Source of the DNA: Methylibium sp.
GTDB lineage: Bacteria; Pseudomonadota; Gammaproteobacteria; Burkholderiales; Burkholderiaceae_C
NCBI GenBank assembly: GCA_031378125.1
Contig: JANNDW010000285.1
Coordinates: 3,437-67,436, forward strand
Length of the DNA: 64,000 nt
Direction of reading: 5' to 3'
This document shows positions 55,250 through 64,000 of the stretch, piece by piece. A program made the translations under genes and the position numbers. The notes under the pieces were generated by a model. The model saw only the letters and a list, made by a program, of their open reading frames with translations, was not told the DNA's origin and did not search any database. Each line of letters begins with the position of its first letter. The stretch's first letter is position 1.

Positions 55250-55696
55250 ATGAGCCTCAAGGACCAGATCACCGAAGACATGAAAACGGCCATGCGAGCC
55301 AAGGATGCGGCACGCCTGCTGACGATCCGCGGCCTGCTGGCCGCGTGCAAGCAGCGCGAGGTCGATGAGCGCATCGTGCTCGACGACGTGGCGGTTATTG
55401 CAATCATCGACAAGCTCGTCAAGCAGCGCAAGGATTCCATCACCCAGTTCACCGCCGGCAACCGGCCCGACCTGGCCGACAAGGAAGCCGCCGAACTGCT
55501 GATACTCGAAAGCTACCTGCCGCAACGCCTGAACGCCGATGAAGTAGCGGTCGCGGTCAGCGCCATCGTCGCGGAACTCGGCGCCAAAGGGCCGGGCGAC
55601 ATGGGCAAGGTGATGGGCGCAGTCAAGGCGCGGCTGGCCGGCAAGGCCGACATGGCGCTGGTGTCGGCCGCTGTCAAGCGCGCGCTCGGGCAATGA
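55250..55696 (+). CDS. yqeY: GatB/YqeY domain protein
   Basis: MSLKDQITEDMKTAMRAKD..RL..IR.L.A..KQ.EVD. Typical partner of rpsU. Start trimmed to ATG 55250. Confidence 0.9.
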   Translation: MSLKDQITEDMKTAMRAKDAARLLTIRGLLAACKQREVDERIVLDDVAVIAIIDKLVKQRKDSITQFTAGNRPDLADKEAAELLILESYLPQRLNADEVAVAVSAIVAELGAKGPGDMGKVMGAVKARLAGKADMALVSAAVKRALGQ

Positions 55697-56064
55697 CTGT
55701 CAACCTTCGGAATCCCACGATGAACGCTCCCTACACCCGTCAGCTCAGTGCCGATCTGTCAGTCGCGCCGCAACTCGATCCCGCCGCGATGGCCTGGGCC
55801 GCGCAGGCCGGGTTCAAGAGCGTGATCAACAACCGGCCCGATTTCGAAGCCGGCCCGGATCAGCCCAGCAACGCGTCGATCGAGGCAGCCGCCAAGGCGG
55901 TCGGGTTGGCCTACGCATTCCTGCCCGTGGACCCCACCGTCTTGACGGCAGGCGAAGTGGCGCGGTTCGCTGAGCTGTTGGCCAGCCTGCCCAAACCGAT
56001 TCTGGCGTTCTGCCGTTCGGGTACGCGGTCGGGCAAGCTCTTTCACGCGGCCGTGGGCGCTTGA
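55693..56064 (+). CDS. DUF442/TIGR01244-like small protein with a CX5R phosphatase/sulfurtransferase-type P-loop
   Basis: SVAPQLDP...GFKSVINNRPD.E...QP, active-site-like CRSGTRS. ATGA overlap with the yqeY stop. Confidence 0.7.
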   Translation: MTVNLRNPTMNAPYTRQLSADLSVAPQLDPAAMAWAAQAGFKSVINNRPDFEAGPDQPSNASIEAAAKAVGLAYAFLPVDPTVLTAGEVARFAELLASLPKPILAFCRSGTRSGKLFHAAVGA

Positions 56065-56312
56065 GCGGGTCAGGCCGGAACGTTGTTCGTTTCGCGTCTC
56101 GTCATCCGCGTCTCGTCACCCGATAGGGAAATGTCCCCTGACGGGAACCCATCGCGCCCTCTTACACTGCGCCGTGGCCTTGTTCCTGGTTGACTTGTCT
56201 GCTTGCGTCGGTGGGTGACCACGGGTCATCGCAGGCACCTAAGAGAATCCGGTTCGATGAGCCGCTCAGCAGCGTTTAGCTCCCTCACTCCCGACACACG
56301 AAAGCGCCTTGC

Positions 56313-56852
56313 ATGAATGCTTTGCTTTCCTTGTCCCGGCTCATCGACGCGATCACCGACAAGTTCGGCGACATCGCGAAGTGGGCGGTCTTGGCGTCTT
56401 GCTTCATCAGTGCTGCGAATGCGATCGTTCGCTATGTGGCCAACTACAGCTCGAACGCGTACCTGGAAATCCAGTGGTACATGTTTGCGGCCTGCGTGAT
56501 GCTCGGCGCGGCGCAGGTGCTGCGGGTCAACGAGCATGTAAGGGTCGATGTGATCTACGGCCTTTTCTCAGGCCGGACTCAGGCGTTGATCGACCTCTTC
56601 GGCCTGTTGCTGTTCCTGATGCCCGTGATGGTGGTGATGATCTATTACTCGTTGCCGATGTTCCTGTCGATGTACCAAACGGGCGAAATGTCCAGCAACG
56701 CCAGCGGCCTGATTCGTTGGCCCGCGATGCTGATGCTGCCGCTGGGCTTTACGCTCTTGCTGGCTCAGGGCCTGTCCGAAATCATCAAACGCGTGGCCTG
56801 GTTGGCACACAAGTACGACGCCGACTTCCACTACGAGAGACCGCTGCAATGA
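56313..56852 (+). CDS. TRAP transporter small permease (DctQ-like)
   Basis: 179 aa with four hydrophobic segments. ATGA-coupled to the large permease. Confidence 0.88.
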   Translation: MNALLSLSRLIDAITDKFGDIAKWAVLASCFISAANAIVRYVANYSSNAYLEIQWYMFAACVMLGAAQVLRVNEHVRVDVIYGLFSGRTQALIDLFGLLLFLMPVMVVMIYYSLPMFLSMYQTGEMSSNASGLIRWPAMLMLPLGFTLLLAQGLSEIIKRVAWLAHKYDADFHYERPLQ

Positions 56853-58429
56853 GCATGGAGACGTTTGCCCCGCTGATGTTTGCGGGGCTCATCTTTGTAC
56901 TGATGATCGGCTTCCCGGTGGCGTTTTCGTTGTCGGCGCTGGGGTTGGGCTGCGGCTTCTTTGCTGTCTACATGGGCTGGTTCCCGGCATCGTTCATGAC
57001 GGCCCTGCCCTTGAACGTGTTCGGCATTCTCTCGAACGACCTTCTGCTGGCCATCCCGTTCTTCACGCTGATGGGCACGATGCTCGAAAAATGCGGCCTG
57101 GCCGAGGACATGCTCGACTCCATGGGCCAGCTCTTCGGCCCGGTCCGGGGCGGCCTCGGTTACTCGGTCATCATCGTCGGCTTCATCCTCGGCGCGATCA
57201 CCGGAACGGTTGCGGGGCAGGTCATCGCAATGGCGATGATTTCGCTGCCGGTGATGATGCGCTGGGGCTACAACATGCGCTATGCCACCGGTGTGCTGGC
57301 GGCCTCGGGCACGATCACCCAACTGGTGCCTCCGTCGTTGGTTCTCATCGTGCTCGCCGACCAGTTGGGAAAGCCGGTGGGCGACATGTACAAGGGTGCC
57401 TGGGGCCCATCGATCATTCAGGTGCTTTTGTTCGCGCTGTACACCTTCATGTTGTCGCGCCTGCGGCCGGAGCATGTGCCCGGTGTGCCAAAGTCGGCTC
57501 GAACGCTGCAGGGCTGGTCGCTCTGGTCCAAGTGCCTGCGCGGCATCATCCCGTCGGCAGTTCTTATCTTCACGGTGCTCGGCAGCATGGGCGGGCTGCC
57601 GGGCCTGAACACCGCGATTGCAACCCCGACGGAAGCCGGCGCCATGGGTGCGGTCGGTGCGTTCATTCTGGCCGCGATGCACAAGCGCCTAAACTGGGTC
57701 TTGATCAAGGAGGCCATGCTCAGCACCATGCGCCTCACCGCCATGGTGGTGTTCATTCTGATCGGCTCGCGCGTGTTCTCGTTGGTGTTCCAGGGGGTCG
57801 ACGGTGGCAAGTGGATCGAGCACATGCTGTCCGGCCTGCCGGGGGGCCAACTGGGCTTCCTGATTGCCGTCAATATCTTCATCTTCTTCCTGGCGTTCTT
57901 CCTCGACTTCTTCGAGATCGCGTTCATCATCATCCCGTTTCTTGCGCCTGTCGCGGACAAGCTCGGCATCGACATGATCTGGTTCGGCGTGATGATCTGC
58001 GTGAATATGCAAACCAGCTTCATGCACCCGCCGTTCGGCTTCGCGCTGTTCTACCTGCGCGGAATTTCCGATACGCTGTTCAAGAACAAAGCGCTGCCGC
58101 GCAAGGTCGAGTCCAAGGACATCTACCTTGGCGCCATTCCCTGGGTGGCGATGCAACTTATCCTGGTGGCGATCGTGATCTTCGTTCCGGAGACAGTGAC
58201 CGTGTTTCTCGACAAGGAAAAGGTGCTGGACATCAACAAGGCCGGCGAAGCGATTGAGCGGATGGGGGGTGGCCGAACGAAAGCGCCGGTCCCTGCGGTC
58301 GACCCGGCGCAAGGCTTGTCGCCCGCTGATGCGGCGTCCGCTGCAAGCGGTTCAAGCTCCTCAACGGACGCTGAAGACCCGATGGAAGCGATCAAGCGGG
58401 CGCTCGAGCAGGACAAGTCGAAAAAGTAG
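56849..58429 (+). CDS. TRAP transporter large permease (DctM-like) with a hydrophilic C-terminal tail
   Basis: MSMETFAPLMFAGLIFVLMIGFPVAF..., about 12 or more TM segments. The last 60 aa or so are Ala/Ser/Asp-rich and soluble. Confidence 0.9.
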   Translation: MSMETFAPLMFAGLIFVLMIGFPVAFSLSALGLGCGFFAVYMGWFPASFMTALPLNVFGILSNDLLLAIPFFTLMGTMLEKCGLAEDMLDSMGQLFGPVRGGLGYSVIIVGFILGAITGTVAGQVIAMAMISLPVMMRWGYNMRYATGVLAASGTITQLVPPSLVLIVLADQLGKPVGDMYKGAWGPSIIQVLLFALYTFMLSRLRPEHVPGVPKSARTLQGWSLWSKCLRGIIPSAVLIFTVLGSMGGLPGLNTAIATPTEAGAMGAVGAFILAAMHKRLNWVLIKEAMLSTMRLTAMVVFILIGSRVFSLVFQGVDGGKWIEHMLSGLPGGQLGFLIAVNIFIFFLAFFLDFFEIAFIIIPFLAPVADKLGIDMIWFGVMICVNMQTSFMHPPFGFALFYLRGISDTLFKNKALPRKVESKDIYLGAIPWVAMQLILVAIVIFVPETVTVFLDKEKVLDINKAGEAIERMGGGRTKAPVPAVDPAQGLSPADAASAASGSSSSTDAEDPMEAIKRALEQDKSKK

Positions 58430-58462
58430 GCTCACCGTTGTTGGCGACCCCCCACCGGGTCA

Positions 58463-58505
58463 CAAGAAAAAAGGGGCTGCGGCAATGCCGAAGCCCCTTT
58501 TCTTG
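58463..58505. terminator. bidirectional rho-independent terminator between the convergent dctM and dctP genes
   Basis: caagaaaaaaggggc...gccccttttcttg: GC stem flanked by A- and T-runs on both strands. Confidence 0.8.
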
Positions 58506-58570
58506 TTCAAGTTCTCATTCAAGTCCGCATTGCCCTCCGCACGCTCCACCCCGGTGGAGTGGCGCCGTGA

Positions 58571-59653
58571 CTACAGCTTGGCACTCTGCATGTAGTCGTC
58601 GAAGCCGGCCTCAGTGAAGCGGAACCACAGGTTCGCGTCGCGTCGGAAAGCAGAGAAATCTTCGTAGACTTTCTTCCAGGCCGGGTTGCTGGCCGAGAGT
58701 TCGGCGTACAGCGCCATCGACTCCTTGAAGGCACCATCCATCACGTCCTTCGGGAAACGGAACAGCTTGGTACCGCCCGCCACGAGCCTTTTCAGCGCGG
58801 CAGAATTCCTGCCGTCGTACTTGGCCTGCATGTCGGTGTGTGCGAAAGCGGCCGCGGCTTCGATGATCGCCTTGTACTCGCCCGAAAGCGCCTCATACGC
58901 CTTGATGTTGACGTGCAGGTCCAGTTGGGGGCCGCCTTCCCAATAGCCAGGGTAGGCGTAGTACTGGGCGATCTTCTGGAAGCCGAGTTTTTCGTCGTCG
59001 TAGGGGCCGACCCACTCGGCGGCATCGATGGTCCCCTTTTCCAGCGCGGTGTAGATCTCCCCGCCGGGAATGTTTGCCGCCACGCCGCCGATTCGCTCGA
59101 ACACCTTGCCGCTGAAGCCGCCGGTGCGGAACTTGACGCCCTTGAGGTCGGCCAATGACTTGATTTCCTTGCGCCACCAGCCACCCATCTGCGCGCCCGT
59201 GTTGCCCATCGGGAAGCTGATGATGTTGAAGTTGCGATAGAACTCGCGCATCAGCTTGAGGCCGTTGCCTTCGTACATCCAGGCCGTCATCTGGCGGCTG
59301 TTCAAGCCAAACGGAATCGCGCAGCCGAGCGCAAAGGTCGGGTCCTTGCCGAAGTAATAGTAGGGGGCGGTGTTGGCGCACTCAACCGTCGCGTTTTGGA
59401 CCGCGTCGACGGTGCCGAACGCAGGCACTATTTCGCCGGCGGCGTGGGTGGAAATAACGAACTTCCCGCCGGTCATGTCGCTGACATGCTTGGCGAAAAC
59501 ATCCGCGACGCCGAACAGCGTATCCAGCGACTTCGGAAAGCTCGATGTCAGACGCCAGCGAAGACTGGCCTGCGCGTGCACGATGGCCGGCGCGGCGCCG
59601 GCGGCCAACACACCGGCAAGACCGGTTTGTCGAATGAAGGAACGACGTTCCAT
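58571..59653 (-). CDS. TRAP transporter substrate-binding protein (DctP family) with Tat-type signal
   Basis: MERRSFIRQTGLAGVLAAGAAPAIVHA twin-arginine signal. 360 aa, with DctP-like YYFGKDP and GGW motifs. Confidence 0.88.
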   Translation of the reverse strand: MERRSFIRQTGLAGVLAAGAAPAIVHAQASLRWRLTSSFPKSLDTLFGVADVFAKHVSDMTGGKFVISTHAAGEIVPAFGTVDAVQNATVECANTAPYYYFGKDPTFALGCAIPFGLNSRQMTAWMYEGNGLKLMREFYRNFNIISFPMGNTGAQMGGWWRKEIKSLADLKGVKFRTGGFSGKVFERIGGVAANIPGGEIYTALEKGTIDAAEWVGPYDDEKLGFQKIAQYYAYPGYWEGGPQLDLHVNIKAYEALSGEYKAIIEAAAAFAHTDMQAKYDGRNSAALKRLVAGGTKLFRFPKDVMDGAFKESMALYAELSASNPAWKKVYEDFSAFRRDANLWFRFTEAGFDDYMQSAKL

Positions 59654-59775
59654 TGAAGACTCCTTAGGTGAAGCGAACAGACTCAGGCCGATCGGATTTT
59701 AGGTTTGCGCATCGCCCGGTTTCCCAGGGATTTACCCCTGCGAAAACAGCGCAGTTCAAGCCCCGCCGAGATGCA

Positions 59776-61194
59776 TCAAAGCCCGGCGATCTTCATGCGC
59801 TCGATCAACACCGAGCCGATGGTCTTGGAGCCCATCGTGTAGACGTCGGCGCCGACCGCCGCGATGGACTTGAACATGTCGCGCAAATTGCCGGCGATGG
59901 TGATCTCGTGCACCGGGTACTGGATGCGGCCGTTCTCGACCCAGAAGCCGGCCGCACCGCGTGAATAGTCGCCGGTCACGTAGTTCACGCCCTGCCCCAT
60001 CAGCTCGATCACAAAAAGCCCGCGTCCCAGCTTGCGCAGCATGGCATCGAGGTCGTCGGCCGGATCGGTGAGTCGGCTTGTGAGCGTGAGGTTTTGCGAG
60101 CCCCCCGCGTGCCCTGTGGTTCGCATGCCCAACTTGCGCGCCGAGTAGGTGGACAGGAAGTAACCCTGCACCACGCCGCCGCGCACCACGTCGCGTGCGC
60201 GGGTCATCACGCCTTCGTCGTCGAAAGGCGAACTGCCCTTGCCCTTCAGGACATGCGGGTCCTCGCCGATGGCGATGTGTTCGGGCAAGACCTGCCGGCC
60301 CAGGCTGTCGAGCAGAAAACTCGACTTGCGATACAGCGCGCCTCCGCTGGTGGCCTGCACGTAAGCCCCCAGCAGGCCGGAGGCCAGCGTGGCCTCGAAC
60401 AGCACCGGCACTTCACGGGTGGTGAGCTTGCGCGAGTTGAGGCGCGAGAGCGCTCGCTCGGCAGCGTAGCGGCCCACTGCTTCGGGCGCCGCCAGCTCCC
60501 GCGGCGCGCGCATCGAGGTGTACCAGTGGTCGCGCTGCATCTGGTCGCCACCCCGGCCGGGCACCGAGGCAATCGGAGCCACCGACAGCGAATGGCGCGA
60601 GCTCGCGTAGCCGCCGCGAAAACCGCGGCTGTTGCCCGCGAAAAAGTGCGATTGCTGCGCAGATACGCCCGCGCCTTCGGAGTTGGTGATGCGACTGTCC
60701 ACCGCCAGCGCCGCCGACTCGCAGCGCAGCGCCAATTGCAGCGCACGCTCGGCGTCGATGTCCCAGGGATGGAACAGGTCGAGATCACGCAACGCGGCCT
60801 GGCCCAGCGCCATGTCGTCCTGATCGGGCAAGCCTGCGGCCGGGTCCTCGGCGGTGAAGCGGGCGATGTCGTGCGCGGCGCGCACGGTCTGTTCGAGTGC
60901 GGCGCGCGAAAAGTCCGAGGTGCTGGCGTTGCCACGCCGCTGCCCGATGTACACCGTCACGCCGATCGACTTGTCGCGGTTGCGCTCGACGTTTTCGACT
61001 TCGCCCTTGCGAACCGACACCGACAAGCCGACACCTTCGGACACTTCCGCCGCGGCGTCGCTGGCCCCGATGGCCCGGGCGAAGGCGAGCACGTCCTCGA
61101 CCGATTGCTGAAACTGCTCGCGCGCGAAGGCGAAGCCTTGGGGCGGTTGCGATGCGGGCTGGGGTGTGGGAGTCATGCGGGAATGGGGCGGCAA
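59776..61194 (-). CDS. pmbA: metalloprotease PmbA (TldE)
   Basis: SEGVGLSVSVRKGEVENVE..., C-terminal GLFVIELMGQGVN.VTGDYSRGA.GFWVENG. Divergent from yjgA, as in E. coli. Confidence 0.92.
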   Translation of the reverse strand: MPPHSRMTPTPQPASQPPQGFAFAREQFQQSVEDVLAFARAIGASDAAAEVSEGVGLSVSVRKGEVENVERNRDKSIGVTVYIGQRRGNASTSDFSRAALEQTVRAAHDIARFTAEDPAAGLPDQDDMALGQAALRDLDLFHPWDIDAERALQLALRCESAALAVDSRITNSEGAGVSAQQSHFFAGNSRGFRGGYASSRHSLSVAPIASVPGRGGDQMQRDHWYTSMRAPRELAAPEAVGRYAAERALSRLNSRKLTTREVPVLFEATLASGLLGAYVQATSGGALYRKSSFLLDSLGRQVLPEHIAIGEDPHVLKGKGSSPFDDEGVMTRARDVVRGGVVQGYFLSTYSARKLGMRTTGHAGGSQNLTLTSRLTDPADDLDAMLRKLGRGLFVIELMGQGVNYVTGDYSRGAAGFWVENGRIQYPVHEITIAGNLRDMFKSIAAVGADVYTMGSKTIGSVLIERMKIAGL

Positions 61195-61293
61195 GGTTGG
61201 TGGCGGGACGCCGCGCCGCCAGAAGGCGGGGCCGCGCGGCTATCATAACGAGCCGCTGCCTGGCCCCTCCTCACTCCCGCCCGCCACCGCTCC

Positions 61294-61836
61294 ATGACTG
61301 CTGTGATGACCACCGATACCGAGCAAGCCCCTGCCGGCAACGCGCTCTACGGGCGGCCGAGCAAGACCCGGCTCAAGCAGGATTCGCATGAGCTTCAAGA
61401 GCTGGGCGTTGCCCTGGTCGAGCTACCCGAAAGCCGCCTCGATGGCCTGCGGATTTCGGAGCCACTGCTCGACGCCGTGCGCGAGTACAAGCGCACGCGC
61501 AGCTTTGAGGGCCGGCGGCGCCAGATGCAATACATCGGCAAGCTGATGCGCCGCGTTGACACGGAGCCGATCCGCCAGGCCGTCACCGACATGCAGCTCG
61601 GCCGGGCGAAGGATTCGCTCGCGCTGCACCAGGCCGAGCGCTGGCGCGCCGAACTGATCGAGACCGACGCGGCCCTGACGCGCTGGACCGTTGAGCACCC
61701 GCGCACCGATGTGCAGCAGTTGCGCAGCCTGGTTCGAAGCGCGCGCAAGGATGCGAAGGGGGTGCCGGAAAAGCGCAGCGGGCGGGCCTATCGAGAGTTG
61801 TTCCAGTTCATCAGGAATGCCAGCCAAGATGAGTGA
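61294..61836 (+). CDS. yjgA: ribosome-associated protein YjgA (DUF615)
   Basis: RPSKTRLKQDSHELQELG..L..L...........L..A......R.....RRQMQYIGKLMR. The start may be an internal Met. Confidence 0.88.
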   Translation: MTAVMTTDTEQAPAGNALYGRPSKTRLKQDSHELQELGVALVELPESRLDGLRISEPLLDAVREYKRTRSFEGRRRQMQYIGKLMRRVDTEPIRQAVTDMQLGRAKDSLALHQAERWRAELIETDAALTRWTVEHPRTDVQQLRSLVRSARKDAKGVPEKRSGRAYRELFQFIRNASQDE

Positions 61837-62419
61837 ATTCGAGCCGGTGGTCATCGGCCTGGTCTCGGTCAGCGACCGCGCCTCGGCCGGTGTTTACACA
61901 GACCAGGGCATACCGGCTCTGCAGGCATGGCTGGGCCGCGTCGTGCGCAACCCCGTCAGCTGGGAAACGCGCTTGGTTCCGGATGTCGAAGCGACCATCA
62001 GCAACACCTTGCGCGACCTGGTCGATCGGGCGCACTGTGATCTGGTGCTGACCACCGGCGGCACCGGCCCGGCATTGCGCGACGTGACGCCAGAGGCCAC
62101 ACTGACCGTGGCCACCAAGGTCCTGCCGGGCTTCGGCGAACAAATGCGCCAGATCAGCCTGCGATTTGTGCCGACGGCCATTCTGTCGCGCCAGGTGGCC
62201 GTGGTTCGCGACAAGGCCTTGATCATCAACCTGCCGGGCCAGCCCAAGGCAATTGCCGAGACCCTGGAGGGCCTGCCTGAAGCGCGTCCGCCGGTGCCGG
62301 GCATCTTCGCCGCGGTGCCGTACTGTGTCGACCTGATCGGCGGCCCGTACATCGAAACCGACGAGAACCTGTGCAAGGCATTTCGGCCGAAGTCGGCGCT
62401 GCGCACGCCGGCCGCCTGA
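61829..62419 (+). CDS. mog: molybdopterin adenylyltransferase MogA
   Basis: IGLVSVSDRASAGVYTDQGIPAL, LVLTTGGTGPALRDVTPEAT, PGFGEQMRQISL.FVPTAILSRQ. From memory, near-collinear with E. coli Mog. Start ATG 61829 overlaps the yjgA stop. Confidence 0.94.
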   Translation: MSEFEPVVIGLVSVSDRASAGVYTDQGIPALQAWLGRVVRNPVSWETRLVPDVEATISNTLRDLVDRAHCDLVLTTGGTGPALRDVTPEATLTVATKVLPGFGEQMRQISLRFVPTAILSRQVAVVRDKALIINLPGQPKAIAETLEGLPEARPPVPGIFAAVPYCVDLIGGPYIETDENLCKAFRPKSALRTPAA

Positions 62420-62469
62420 GCCTTGTGGAACGCGCCCCTTCGGTCGAGGTGATTCACAGGCGGCGCTGG

Positions 62470-64000
62470 ATGCAGCGCCTGGGTGCCTGGGTGGCGCTGG
62501 CCAGCTTGCACGTCTTCACACTGGCTGCCGAGCCCACGCTTGTGTTCACCGTCACGGTGGGAGACACGCTGATCGGCCTTTCCGAACGGGTGCTGGTGGC
62601 GCCAGACGCATGGCGAGAGGTCGCTGCGCTGAACCGGCTGGCCCGCCCGAACCGGCTGCGTCCAGGCCAGGCGCTGCAGATTCCATTGCGACTGATGCGC
62701 TGGACGCCCGCCAACGCCACGCTGGTCAGCGTCAGCGGCGAAGTTTTGGTCGACGGCCGCGCCGGTGTGGCGCAGAGCACGATGACCGAAGGCCAGACCA
62801 TCGAGACAGGCCCGGCGGGATCGGCCGTCGTCGAATTGGCCGACCAGTCACGCATCAAACTGGCCCCTTCAAGCCTGGTCGAGGTGCTGGCCAGCCGGCG
62901 CCACCCCACATCGAACGCCGCCGACAGTGCCAGCAGCCCGTCCACCGGGCTTTTTTCAGGGGCGTTGCGGCTGCTGCGCGGCTCGGTCGAGGTGTTTGCC
63001 ACCCAGGTCTTGCGCGCCAAACCGCTCGAGGTGAGCACACCGACCGCGGTGGTCGGCGTGCGCGGCACGCAGTACCGGGTCAACTTCGACGAAGCGGCCA
63101 ACCGCAGCACCCGGGCCGGTGTGATCGAGGGCGCGGTTCGCTTTGATCTGGCCAAGGCCGCCGCCAGCGGGGCCGCGGTGGCTGCCGGCTTTGGCGCCGC
63201 GATCGACGCCACGGCAAGCGCTCCTTCGGTGGTCAAGCTGTTGCCGGCACCCGACCTGGCCTCCGTGCCCGAGCGCTTCGATCGACCGCTGGTTCGATTT
63301 GCTTTGGCAAGCGAATCGCAGCCCGTGCGGATTCAAGTGGCGGCGGACAGCGCATTCGACAAAATCGTTCTGGACCAACGCGTTGCGCCGGGTACCGAAG
63401 TGCGGCTGGCAGGCCTGGACGATGCGCAGTGGTACCTGCGCGCGCGCCGCCTCGATGGGCTGGGCATCGAGGGGTATGACGCGGTGCGCCCGTTTGTTCT
63501 CAAGGCCAGGCCCGAACCGCCGGCCGCGACACAGCCGCGCCGCGCTTCCAAGCAGACCGTGGGCGCGGTCGAATTTGCCTGGGCCCAAAACCTTGAAGCC
63601 AGCAGCCAACGATTGCAGGTCGCGCGCGATGCGGCCTTTGGCGACATGGTGGCGGACCGCAATGCCGTGCCCGGCACATCGGTGCGCATCGAGCTCCTTT
63701 CACCGGGCGCGTACTTCTGGCGCCTGGCCAGCATTCGAGCCGGAGACGCAGGGCCGTTTGGCGACCCGCTGAGCTTCGAGCTGCGCGCCACACCCGAGCC
63801 GCCCAAGGGCGGGATGGCCTCCGACGGCGCATCTTTGGCGTTCAGCTGGACCGGCAGGCCGCAGGACCGCCAGCAGGTGGAGCTGGCGCGCGATGCCAAC
63901 TTTCAGACCCTGGTCGCCAGTGCGGAACTGACATCGACCGAGTGGGTTCTGCCACGGCCCGAGCGCGGGGGCGACTACTTCTTCCGCTACCGCAGCGTCG
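62470..64000 (+). CDS. secreted LysM + FecR domain protein with C-terminal tandem ~90-aa repeats (partial; continues past the window end)
   Basis: Own translation: MQRLGAWVALASLHVFTLAA (signal), LysM FTVTVGDTLIGLSERV...LRPGQALQIPL, FecR-like AVVELADQSRIKLAPSS...VSTPTAVVGVRGTQYRV. Not in the ORF track because the frame is open to position 64000. High GC3 in this frame. Confidence 0.8.
   Translation, partial: MQRLGAWVALASLHVFTLAAEPTLVFTVTVGDTLIGLSERVLVAPDAWREVAALNRLARPNRLRPGQALQIPLRLMRWTPANATLVSVSGEVLVDGRAGVAQSTMTEGQTIETGPAGSAVVELADQSRIKLAPSSLVEVLASRRHPTSNAADSASSPSTGLFSGALRLLRGSVEVFATQVLRAKPLEVSTPTAVVGVRGTQYRVNFDEAANRSTRAGVIEGAVRFDLAKAAASGAAVAAGFGAAIDATASAPSVVKLLPAPDLASVPERFDRPLVRFALASESQPVRIQVAADSAFDKIVLDQRVAPGTEVRLAGLDDAQWYLRARRLDGLGIEGYDAVRPFVLKARPEPPAATQPRRASKQTVGAVEFAWAQNLEASSQRLQVARDAAFGDMVADRNAVPGTSVRIELLSPGAYFWRLASIRAGDAGPFGDPLSFELRATPEPPKGGMASDGASLAFSWTGRPQDRQQVELARDANFQTLVASAELTSTEWVLPRPERGGDYFFRYRSV

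Noticed and set aside
62454-63899. Three minus-strand ORFs (62454..63236, 62956..63609, 63333..63899)
   Set aside because: Their translations are Ala/Arg/Ser/Pro-rich and motif-free. The opposite strand encodes a continuous LysM-FecR protein with a signal peptide and GC-rich third positions.

Overview
High-G+C (roughly two-thirds by eye) chromosomal segment. Its gene content and order (trxA-rho-rpmE2; pstSCAB-phoU-phoBR; glmM-folP-ftsH-rlmE/yhbY/greA-carBA; riboswitch-gcvTHP; paa operon) look like a betaproteobacterium of the Burkholderiales, probably Comamonadaceae-like. That placement is inference only. Nearly all of the window is core housekeeping. I saw no tRNA, rRNA, CRISPR array, transposase, integrase or phage genes. 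Many long ORFs in the six-frame track are antisense shadows typical of high-GC DNA. Two real genes are missing from the track because they run off the window edges: dnaX (1..1230, minus) and a LysM-FecR protein (62470..64000, plus). The most interesting locus is a tightly packed, co-directional minus-strand cluster (46477 to 40143). It encodes a small HxH-motif lipoprotein, a TlpA-like periplasmic thioredoxin, a DUF4266 mini-lipoprotein ending in GGGGCGCN, and a DUF3570 predicted outer-membrane beta-barrel. These are followed by ApbE (FMN transferase), DsbD and TrxB. The DUF3570 protein carries an ApbE-type flavinylation motif (DSLSGAT), and the ApbE has no visible signal peptide. This looks like a complete but functionally unassigned thiol/flavin electron relay from cytoplasmic NADPH to the cell envelope. 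Secondary leads are a degenerate Ser/Thr-kinase-like::HDOD fusion next to addAB, candidate Pho boxes facing both pstS and a fasciclin lipoprotein gene, and a perfect 22-bp palindrome upstream of the paa operon as a candidate PaaR operator. A YhiN/BaiN-family flavoprotein is also translationally coupled to paaE-paaR. All functional calls come from reading translated motifs. No database search was run.
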